Part shown: piece after piece, positions 26,940 to 38,400 of the stretch | How positions within the stretch are numbered: position 1 is the stretch's first letter | Layout: each line of letters begins with the position of its first letter | From: Takakia lepidozioides | Taxonomy: Eukaryota; Plantae; Bryophyta | Assembly: GCA_030704615.1 (NCBI GenBank) | Contig: CM060731.1 | Coordinates: forward strand, 30,008,001-30,072,000 | Length of the DNA stretch: 64,000 nucleotides | Direction of reading: 5' to 3' | Notes under the pieces: generated by a model | Told to the model about the DNA's origin: nothing | Databases searched by the model: none | What the model saw: only the letters and a program-made list of their open reading frames with translations | Program-made: the position numbers and the translations under genes

Positions 26940-27730
26940 TACAATTCACTAATACTGCTAGGTTTTTGATCACATGGTTGTTTAGGACCTTCCAAAATCG
27001 CTCTATTGGAAACCTTCGTCAACTATGGATCACCCCACAAATAGATAACTCATCTACTGGGTGATACACCAAGTGTACACTGACATTGAACAAGCTAAGA
27101 ATAAACTTCTCCTCCAAATTAAAGACACAATGTTTCAGCTGTGTCTATCAGTTCAGCAAAGAATGATGAGGGATCTAGGACTTCTCCTCCTCGACGTTGA
27201 AAAATATGACACAAATGCCCATATAATCTTCCGTTGAGGTCCAGATGCTAACAAACCCATGACTCATGAGAGCTATGGAAATTGCATCAAGCTATTAAAT
27301 TTCCAAATGAATTGCAATTGTACTTCCAAGTAGTAAATACACATGTAGCAACAGGTTTCCACGATCTGATCAATTGTAAAGGGACATCTTTTGTTAGGGT
27401 TGCAAAAGTGTTGTTCTTCGACCACAAATTGTTCCTACTCCCTTCTCTTTCAGATCCATGCATACGAAAGGTGTGTCGTCTTCCCCTGCTATATCCTAAT
27501 GAGTGCCTTACAGATGTTCTTCTCGACATGCATGGGATCACAAATGTGACGAATCCTTAGATGTTTCCAATATGGTGGTTGGAAAAAATAGAGAGCCTTT
27601 TAATGCAAATTGAACTTCCCTCTGCTGCTTGTTGAAGCCACTCCACTCCAGAGAGTCATTGAGGGAAGTCCTGGTTTTCAGGAACATGTAGTTACTGTAC
27701 TCCAGATGTAAAACCATCCGTGGAAAATCC
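26940..27730 (-). mobile_element. CACTA/En-Spm TnpD-like transposase remnant
   Basis: Minus-strand translation gives GFSTDGF (~27710-27730), SIFFQPPYWKHLRIRHICDPMHVEKNICKALI (~27500-27595) and FNVSVHLVYHPVDELSICGVIHS*RRFPIERFWKVL (~26985-27090). These match the CACTA transposase motifs STDGFNP, LDVMHIEKN and HLLVHL...MYPFER. Confidence 0.8.
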
Positions 27731-30155
27731 TACACACTGAGCATGATTACAACCCACTTCCTGCAAGCACATTCCAATCTTTCATCCTTCCGTAAAGATA
27801 ACAGAATAGCCAGGGAGTGACATAATCCCCACAAAATTCATTCTTTTGATTTTGGGTGGTCACGAATACCCCTTGAATGCCCGAAAAATCCCGGAAATAG
27901 GTGTCATTGCAAACACTGACAAAAAATCCTCAACTTTGACCACAAATTCTATTGGGATGTCCTTACAATGTCTACCAATCCGCAGGTCTATTGGGTTCAA
28001 CTTTCACCCATGAAAAAACATTGAGCCGCAAATCCCCGTGGAAACGTTGCTTCCATCGTGGAGTCAATTTTTTGGGTGCGGACAGCTCAACACTTGGTCC
28101 TGAACTTCATCCACACCATCTTTTTTCACCATTGGGCACACTTAAAAAAATTCCCCACCAACAGAGCCTGATAACAGTTCCTTCCTGTCAGTTTGAGGCA
28201 TTTAACACAGCAAAATCCTAATCGATAACCATCGTTGGGTGAAACCTCTTTTGGATTTTTAGAGGGATCCTAAGATACCTTAGCAGCTCCTTGAACTTAA
28301 TTCACAGATATCGACTTGAATAGCTATCTGGGAAAAAAAAGATCGATTGCGGGTCGTTGCAACTAAACCATAGCACAATGTCGAGGGGAACTCATGCTTG
28401 ATTCCTATACATAGCTTTTTCTGAGCATATTTAAGAAGATCACAACCAAGAGTATGTGTGTTTTACGCCTCATGTGTTCTCTTTGAAACTGCACTCAAAC
28501 TACGTGGAAAAATATACTTGGAAAACACGATATTGCTGTCAACTGCGTCGTTAAAATATAACTCATCAAGCATTTTGTATGATGCTAAGCTCTTTGGTCT
28601 TTCCTTTGATTTGATTTGGATCACATGTTGAGGCGGGACACATATAGGCCGTTGTCTACTGTCGTATAACAAACCCCTAGATGCCTGAACTTAAAACTGA
28701 TGCGCTTCACAGGTATCCTAATCTTATAGACGTCTGAGCTCTCTTGTCTTCACGGTCGTCACAGACACTTCCATTTGCAGGCTATACCAATAGTTATATC
28801 GGTGTTTCGTAGTTTCTGTAACAAATGATCCAAATTTTGCACTGTCTACATACAACTTGACTCTTCTGGTCCTCAAAGCTCTTAATGTTAAATATGTGCG
28901 TTAATTTATGCACATACAATAACATAGCATTGCAGTCAGACCATAAACAAGAACATGTTAGGCATGATAAATGTCAACAAACTAAAAATATATATTGGTA
29001 TCCATGACAAACCATGACGACAAATTTTGGACCTGCGACCCTTGATCATTTTTGCCTTCAATAGTCCCAATTATAACCTTGACTGGCCAATTAAGGTTCA
29101 TATACTTTCGATGTTGACGTAAGTGACCCTCGACCACATATGGACGTGACGCTAGCACATCAGTGCGTCCAACGTCGCGTCACGTCCAAACCGGAAGTTA
29201 TCACATCTATCACGTCTATCACGTCTATTTTTAATTTCTATTATTAATTATTGACTATTTATCCTAGATATCGAGGTGGCGGCCCAGGTAGCCCGACCAT
29301 GTAGATAAAATTTTACTGTATTTAAAAAACAAAATAACAAATATATATGGGATCGCCAATATTAACAATCGCAAGCATTTAAACAATGAAAAAGCATGTG
29401 ATCACCAATATTGGCGGTCGCAAACATTTTTGCAAAATGAGAAGAATGAAGATATGGTAGTTTCTCAATCTAGCCACCGCCAAGGTTAACCATTAAACGC
29501 CCAGTAGCCATTTTTTTTCGTTTCAAAAATCCAATCCCTCAGCTGAAAAAACTTTCTAATTATGTGGAAAAAAAACGGGATTTTAAACTTTTGACCACAC
29601 ATCATGTGCATACCTACATGCTAAAGGTGTCTGGCAATTCGTAAGGCATTCGGTGAAATTTGAGAAAAGCCCACCGTTGCAAGTGGGGCCCATTTTTGGG
29701 CTGCACACACCAAAATTACAAATGGGAAGTCCTTCATATTTTGAAGATTTGGGTGATGAGATGATTTCTAAATTAACTAGATCTGTTCCCAGTTCATCCT
29801 TGGTGGGATCTTGCATCCAATCCAAGAAACAAAATGTATTCCGAGCAAAAGACGGGGTAGTGACACTTGGGCCAACCAAACTGGGTCAATATTGTAGGAC
29901 TCATGTAGGAGGAGAGTTTTCTCATGTGCCGAAGATGTTAAATTCTCACACCACACACCAGACTTTCTTCCTTTGATTTGGAAAATTGAAACGCTAATTA
30001 AGAAATCCTACAAATCACGCATTGGATTCCTAATATCCGCCATGTGGATGGCATTAGAAGCTCAAAATTTTGGATCAATTGATTGAAATATGAGAAAACC
30101 ACACCAAAAAAACAAAAAACAAATGACCATAATGGGCCGAGTAGACACGTACAGG

Positions 30156-30446
30156 TTAATATGAGAATGAATTATTCCGCAAAGATAAAAAGTTATGAAT
30201 TGGCCTAATTACAATCATGTACAACTTGTTAGGGGGCTTTTCAATATAAATAAGATAAATTATGAGGTGATATTCAGGAATCGGATGGAGAGTTCTTACA
30301 GTTGTCGTGGTCGTATCACCATATTCGCATCTAAGACGCAGTGGGTGCTCCAAATTGTTTGCGAGGTACAACGTGTAATCGTTTGCTGATACTGGGGAGA
30401 GACATCCAATAATGATGATTGGTAGAACAAAAGTGAACAATAACAT
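30156..30446 (-). pseudogene. Possible small secreted S-protein-homolog (self-incompatibility S1-like) gene or remnant
   Basis: Signal-peptide-like MLLFTFVLPIIIIGCLSPVSA followed by YTLYLANNLEHPLRLRCEYGD, resembling the SPH VxIxNxL...LxVHCxSxD motif. The C-terminal half is unconvincing. Confidence 0.35.
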
Positions 30447-30854
30447 ATCCTTCCCAAGTTGTGATATGAGAGAAAAACCTTGCGTTTCGACATTTGTACA
30501 CATACAAAAAAAATGGGGTTAATATAATATATTTAATACTTAGATCCAATAATACACTCGGGTGCTTGTAATGGGAGGAGGAAGTGGAGAAAGATTCTTG
30601 CCGAAGCAGATGCAACTCCACCCCGAAGGGCTTGAAATGCAAAATTGCTTCTAGAGGGCTAGGCTCATGAATATATATTTGCGCTCATGGAAGGTGCTTG
30701 CAGGAGTGCATATGTTGAGATTAGATATATGATTCCAACCAAAGTCTCTAAAAATAACTACACATATTTTTATTGTTTTCTTATAACACATCTCAATTTT
30801 AACTAAATCCAGACTTTAGGCATAAATCCGAACCAAACTTGATGTACGGCATTA

Positions 30855-31815
30855 AATTATATGCCCAATAATAAATTAGTGGATTCTTGTTGTTCTTGTA
30901 TTTGATTACGTAATGCACCTGAGTGTGTTTTAGTGGACATTGCCAACGCCCCTAGCAACCTAACCCACACACAATGACCATAAATATACCCAATAATAAA
31001 CAAACTTATTTTTATTGTTCGTGTAATTAATTAGTTAATACACCTAAGTGTATTCTTGTGAGCATGTTCTTGAGAGACATTGTCAACACACATTTACAAA
31101 CCTAACCCACCTAAATTTGCCTAATAATAAGCTAGTAAAGTCTTGTCGTTTCTGTAATGAAATAGTTAATACATCTAAGCATTATGTTTCTTGATAGACA
31201 TTATCAACACATACTTAGCAACCTAACATGCACACAATGACCACCTAGTTTATATGCCCAATAATACGCTAGTAGAATCATATTAGTCCAGCAATTGATT
31301 AGTTAATCTACCTGCAACCTAACCCACCTAAATTTGTCTAATAATAAGCTAATAAATTCTTATTCTGTAATGAATTAGCTAATACACCTGAGCATTGTGT
31401 TCTTGACAGACATTGTCAACACACTCATAGTGCAACCTAACGTACACGTACAGTACCACATAAAATATACTTTATGTGGTATTTATGTCCAATAATAAGT
31501 TAGTAGATTCCTGTTGTTCATGCAATTGAGTTAATACACCTAAGTCACTCATGTGTTCGTGACAAACATTGTCAACACACACGACCAACCGAACACATCT
31601 AAATTCATATCATAATAAGCTAATAATTTTTTCCCCAATAATGAATTGATTAATATATATATACATGAGCATTGTGTTCTTGACAAACATTTTCAAGTTT
31701 CAACACACACTTAGTGCAACCTAACTTACACACAACGACCACCTAATTTATCTGCCCAATAATAAATTAATAGTTTTTTTTTTATTGTTCATGCAATTGA
31801 TTAATTAATACACAC
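30855..31815 (+). repeat. Diverged AT-rich tandem repeat, unit ~110-130 bp
   Basis: Recurrent ttaatacacct..., gttcttgacagacattgtcaacacac, caacctaac and aataataagctagtagattc blocks. A stray unit also occurs at ~34355-34470. Confidence 0.8.
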
Positions 31816-31844
31816 TAGGGTAGTCTGTGCCGTTGTGTGCCGTT

Positions 31845-32330
31845 GGCCCAAGTGTCCAGTGTCATCTAAGCCCATGTGCAAGATCTCATATGTATTCTAA
31901 TGTGTCTCCTATGTCGAGGCCCAAATGCGACCTCTATGGTAGCATGTGCCGTTTGCCCATATGTTAAGAATTGTAATCTATGACCAAGTGCAATCTCCTC
32001 TGTATCCCGGTGCGTCTCCTATACCGAGGCCCAAGTGCGACCTATAGTGTACAAGCCTATGCCGTTGGCCGATGCAATGTGAAGAATTAAAATCTAAGAC
32101 CAAATGCAATTTTCTATGTATCCAAGTGTGTCTCCTATGTTGAGGCCCATGTAAGCCCAAGTGCATCTCCCTATCCAGTGTCATAAACGCCCAAGTGCAA
32201 TCTCTTATGTATCCAATGGTATCTCCCATGTGCGTCTCCTATGTCGAGGCCCATCTAAGCCCAACGTGCAATCTCCTATCTATCCAAGTATATCTCCCAT
32301 GTCAAGGCCCAAGTGCAACCTCCAGTGTCC
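31845..32330 (+). repeat. Short diverged tandem repeat (gcccaagtgcaatctc...tctcctatgtcgaggccca)
   Basis: Motifs tctcctatgtcgaggccca and cccaagtgcaatctc recur several times. Confidence 0.75.
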
Positions 32331-35237
32331 TTCCAATACTCGATTTTGTAATTTAGTTGAATTTCTAGCGACCGAAATTGTTCATAATTCCACAACTCTC
32401 GGCCCAAAAGATCCAAATTTTGTGGAACCAAGTCGATGCACCCTTACTCATCGAGGCTTTTCCAACGATACCAGAATCGTGGCCAGAGACCCCGCGGTTT
32501 GAAAGATCTCAACGATGCTACAAAAAATATTGTGAACGTCAGTATTTCAGAAAAAAAAACCCAATTTATATTTATGTCCACGGGCACATAAGAGAAATGG
32601 AGGGCCAATTATTGTTGCAGGAAGCCCACTTTGCTAGTTTTCGCAAACTTCCAGCGATCAAAAGTATTGTAAGTGAAAAAGAGGGGACCTACCCAGACAT
32701 CTACTTGATCAACCGTTAGTACTCTGTCTATCCTAGGCTGCAGCTGAAGAGAAAACCAAGAATAGACAATAAAATTTGTGCATGAAACTTATTGTATTCT
32801 AGTGTTGATTTTGCCCAAGCACAGTAGGAAATATCATCCCTTTGGAGTTCATATGTCGTCTCGTTTCCTGCACTTCAATATCCTGGCATTCCATTTGCTG
32901 AAGAACGTTCAATGAGTGCCACTTAGTTAGTCTTTACCTGAAGAGATCAGTTATCGTCTACTGATGATTGGGTCAGGACTAATGCATTTCTTAATACGTG
33001 ACAGGCAAGGGAGTTATCTCTGGAAAGCTTCAGCTCTACTAATTGTATGAGGTATGTGAACTATTTGTAATTTTAGTGCTTCATGGATCATACTTCTCTC
33101 CACTAGGCATTGTTATTTCATATAATTTTCTGATCTTAATATCAGTAAGGAGTTAGTCCATTAATCAGGGACCAAATCAGATTACTCTATGTCATATTTC
33201 TTGCCTCCACTCTATGCCTCTATAGTAAATCAGTTAATATAATACTAACCTAGCTAATTGTTAAATCCATTTATCTATGCTAGAAACCACTTGCATATGA
33301 TCTGATGGTGTTACATATTCTAAGTACAAACAGCCCTCATCCTTAGTGTTAGTAAGAAATAGATCCTAATTCTATGATCAATCTAGTACATAGTGAAGGA
33401 AATAAGTAACAAAGCTTTCTCCCGTGATCATAAGACTCAAAGGCATGGATTGAAATCAGCACTATATATATTTCAGCCGAACAGGCCTGATACACCAGCC
33501 TACTCGCTAGTTATGAAAACAACAAGGCACACTACATGTTTACATTTTTCTTGCTTCTCAATCCACTCCAAGTATCATATGTAAACTGGTGCTATCTTCT
33601 TCCTAAAGCTCTCATTTATACGTGCTCACTCTCCTTCTTCACCACACAACACCACTGACTGCCCACATGGGCTCATAATATACTACAAACAGAGAATTTA
33701 AATCAGATTCTTCATCGTGGAATGTCACGACAACGCCGGGTATTATCCCCCTTTGCCTTATCCCCACCTAAACATAAAATTGCGGCTACATTAATTTCAT
33801 CCTCATCTCCTCGATCTTAGTTTGGTCTCAGACCACCCCTTTGCCCATACGGTGCGCCGATCATAACTTAATTCGCCATTTTTAGGATTCAAATAGTCAA
33901 CCTGCCAATTAGTCAAATTTTCATCGATGATTTCACTTTTCATCCCCTACTTCCATCCATTGACAAACAGATGAATGTATTTCAAGATTTTGTTTTCATC
34001 CTCTTCTCCATCCGTTGTATGAATTTCACTTGTTTCTCCATCTGTTCTCTATTTTCATCCATCACTGACAATTTGAATGAAAAACACTGATCATCCTGCA
34101 TCCATCCCTTTACCCTAAATTCTCGTTGCATCATCTTTATACTTAGACAATTTCGCTTTCCAGGTCCCGCTCCATGCCATCGTTCACTGCTTGTTGCTTT
34201 GCTCCCGCCATTGTTTTCTATCACTTGCTTTCGCCCTACAGTACTTGAAATTCGATATCTCCCACACCGCATGTCCATAAATCATGAGACCAAGCCGGTG
34301 CACCCCTCTTCATCGAGGGCTTTACAATGGTACCAAGTGCCAGGGTTAGGGCCTCTTTGTCAACACATACTTAGTGCAACCTAACCTGTACACTCTGACC
34401 ATCTAATTTGTATGCCTAATAGTAAGTTAATAGATTCTAATTGTTCCTCCAATTGATTAGTTAATACACATGTGTCACTCAAAAATCCAAAATGAGCACC
34501 CGGCCGCCGAGCTTCACATGATTGTGGAAATGCTCAAGGGGACCTGGGTATTTTCTCCAAACAAACTCCTTCTCTTGTGGGCTGGGCTCCTCCCACATGG
34601 AAGGATGCTGATCTTATCCTCTACTACACTTTGTACAGAGTGATACTTGTCACGTTTATATTGAATGGACTGGACTGATGTGGATATCTATCATGGCAGA
34701 ATGTGAATTCTATGATATGGATAGTAAGGTATGGCAGTGGTCGTGTTGGTGTAGTGGAAGAGATCGGGAGTCCATGGATGAGAAGTATATTAGGGCAGCA
34801 ACAAGGGTGTGTCTGGCATGTGCATTGATAGTCATATATATGACAGAGGCAGATACTCTGCGGATTCAAAATATGGACTGAGGACATGTGCACGTGTTGA
34901 GTCACATGGTCATGCAGTCAGATGGTCGACACGTGGCACAATACGATTACGACACGTGGCTTATAATTTGGACACCCCCATGCGATGTTGGAGTTATGCC
35001 ACATGGTCAGTCTTTGAGGTGGTCAGTGCACAGTTGTACATTTGACTTCATGTCGAACTTCAAAGGACGTGTGTTGTGTGAAGATATCGAATTTTTGTCA
35101 TTTGCATATTGAAATTTTATATTGAGCACGTGTAGTCATTCTCATCACCGTAACTATAGGACATATGTATGTATGTCAAATGTTGAATAACAAATGGATA
35201 TTCAAGATGCATGTAGTCGTCTTCACCAGTGTGGTGA

Positions 35238-35295
35238 GGGGGCTGCTATTTCATGAGCGGCATGAGCATGAGCGGAAAAAAAAAAAGCATGAGCA
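35238..35295 (+). repeat. Left TIR/subterminal CATGAGC repeats of the MULE
   Basis: gggggctgctatttcatgagcggcatgagcatgagcgg...catgagc, immediately after the TSD at 35229-35237. Confidence 0.88.
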
Positions 35296-35458
35296 GACCA
35301 TTGTGAGTCCACGGAAATAGGGTTAGGAGGCACGGAAATAGGGTCATGTGAAGTTGGAATGTGGCACCAGTGGACTTGAAATGCAACATTTTATTGCAAA
35401 TTTTGTGGCAAGCCACGTCTATACAAGTGTTTTCTAACTGTCATAGCCGGAATGGGCA

Positions 35459-38400
35459 CTACTCTCCTACACCCTCCGAGGAACTTGCCCCACCTTCTTC
35501 CTCATCCCCCTCATCCCCCTCATCCTCCGAGCTTTGTGATGCATCAGTTCCACTATGCCTCTCAAAAATCCCGTCCTCTCCTTGGGGGACTGTCCACCTC
35601 ACCTCCTGGGAATCTTCTGCGTCTTCTCCCCCACTTTCCTCAGCAGCGACGGGCTCTAATAGCTGTTGCCTCCTCCCTCATCTTCATTTTCTTGAGGCTT
35701 GCCTCGTCTAAAATCTGTTGTACACGACTAGGTTCGGAACACCTCCTAATGGACACCGAAGCAAGCCGGGCAGCATAAGTAGGAAGGATGTACTCCCTTT
35801 CTGGACTAGGCATGAAATCCCCCCTGGCAAAAAAAGGCACGTTCCTCCTGCCCATGAACTCCGGTGTAGACGTCCCTCCGGCAGTACTTGGCATCCTACA
35901 GTAAGAACAAATCCACTTCAAGAATGTCAATACCAGCACAACCAGAAAGGGTTTTCAATGAAATAAGAGAGCGGAGGGAGGTGCCTCACGAAATTTGGAA
36001 GCAACTTACAATGCGACCACTCACTCGTAAACCGGGAGCTCCTCGGCCTCGATCCCAACTTCCTCCCCCTGCTCCTTCTTGGATTTTTCCTCATCCTCCG
36101 AGGATGCCTCTTCCTCTTTCGGCAGACGTTCAGCTGCTGCAAGTTCCGAGTTGTGGAGGGCAGTATCTGGCTCGAAGGCGAACACATGCCTGTCGGACAA
36201 CGTCCCTGCCCACATTGAAGCACCTGAGGAACAAAGCGGGCGGTTAATAGCTTGCGGCATGCAATTGCAATCGGGCCAAGGGACAAACTGAGCACGTGAA
36301 GGCTTACCCGTGCCGCATGTGAGGTCCAGAATCCGCCCTTGGACATCCGAGCACATCTCCATGAGGGTTTGGATGAAAGCAGGGCTCCGGGTCCGGCTGT
36401 ACCGCCACGGTTTGCCTGTCTTTGTGTCCTTCGGCATACTGGAGTGGGGCACATAGTTGTAGAGGACATCGTAGGTTACAGGGTCCACAACGACATCAAC
36501 AAGACGACCGTCGTTGCGGAATTTGAACGTAGACCCTCTCTTCACAAAGCAATATGCCTCAAACACCAATGTCTGCACATCCAACAAAGAAGGGATCAAC
36601 TCCAGGGTCTACTTAACATACACCACAATATGAAGTGAATGCAATAGATTGATAACTTACACTTTGGCCCTCTGTTCGCAACCCCTGTGTACTGATGCAG
36701 AACCATTTTCTGAGGAGGACTGGGGTGACACTTTTCGGTGTCCACCTTGCCACCGCATTCTCTGTGGTCTTCCCTCTCGTGGCAAGGACAACCACACATC
36801 CACCGTCATCCAGAAGCATCCCCGCCAGCCCAAACCCGGCTTTCCAGTAGTCCTCAGTAAACCTGTTCCAGGTGGGCACACCATCCAGGCCCTCCAGCAG
36901 CTCCCCATCTGGAATGTCGAGGAGAATCATGTCGCAAGCTCTCTCCACCTCAACCCCCCCCCCCCCCGAGTGCTCTTGCAATCCGTGCTCACAGCCGTGA
37001 AGAATTCCATCATGGCTTCAAAACCAGGGGTGTCTTTAGGCTCTGTACCGCCAGCCCTCTTCTTGGCTTTCCCCTTCTGCTCCGCCAGAGACTTGCTGTG
37101 TGCCACCTTCTTCGCCCTGGCAGCGAGAGCGTCAAGGATGACGCATTGGATGATGGTTGGAGGTTCTAGCTTTGGCCTGTGCGTAAACGTCACTGCCGAA
37201 TACCGCCGTGTAGGCTCGCCCTCAAATGCCAACTTCTTGGCAGAGCCAGTCCCACTCCGAACTGACTTGGGAACCCGGACGACCGGTGACTGGGTAGGAG
37301 CAACAGCAGTCGCAGGACCTTGAACAAAGTCGTCGTCCGAGTCACTCTCTTGGGTCCCCTCCTGCGCCTTCTCCGATGCCCCGATGGTTTTCTTCTTTTT
37401 GGGTGTTACTGCACTCACCTGTTTCCTTGTTCTTTTCCTTTGGCCTTTACTCTTCTCATGCAATTTCTCCTGAATTTCTGCCTGAGCAAGCTCTGCCGCT
37501 TTCCTGGAGTTCGCAAGCACTTTTGCCTCTTTTGCACCCAATGGAGGCAGCGGAGCCCGGTTTCGTCGAAATTCAGCATCCAGCTTCAATTGAAACTCGG
37601 GTCGAGCGAGCCGGGCGGAAGGTCCACATACCAAGGGCAATCACGCAAATGTTCCAGATGCCACTCCTTCACAATATCGTCAGTGTACATGGAGTCAGCC
37701 CCAAGGTTCCTCCATGCCAGGAAGAATGGTGGCTCGAAAGACAGATGACCTTTCTCCAAAAGGGAGAACTTGCAGTACCTGCATTCATGAAAAACACAAT
37801 GAGGTCCCTGAAATGCATATTCGGCACCATTTTCCCAGGTTGGGGCGGATGTGAGTGGGCCTAGAAATGGAAAAATGGCGCCGAATTTCGGTTTTCGGTA
37901 ACTGCCACCCTAGGGACTTAGCCATCTTGGGAGCCCTGAACTGGAAATCCGGCGCCATTTTTCCCGGTTTGGCCCGAAGATGGCTAAGTCCCAGAACTGC
38001 AATAGGGCCTAGAACTGGAAAAATGGCGCCGAATTTCTAGTTCAGGGCCAGCCACCCTAGGGACTTAGCCCGAAAATGGCTAAGTCCCTGAACGACAATA
38101 GGGCCTAGAACTGGAAAATGGCGCCGAATTTCCAGTTCAGGGCCAGCCACCCTAGGGACTTAGCCCGAAAATGGCTACGTCCCTGAACGGCAATAGGGCA
38201 TAGAACTGGAAAATGGCGCCGAATTTCCAGTTCGGGGCCAGCCAGTCTAGGGACTTAGCCCGAAAATGGCTAAGTCCCTGAACGAAAATGGCGCCGAATT
38301 TCCACTTCAGGGCCAGCCACCCTAGGGACTTAGCCCGAAAATGGCTAAGTCCCTGAACGAAAATGGCGCCGAATTTCCACTTCAGGGCCAGCCACCCTAG

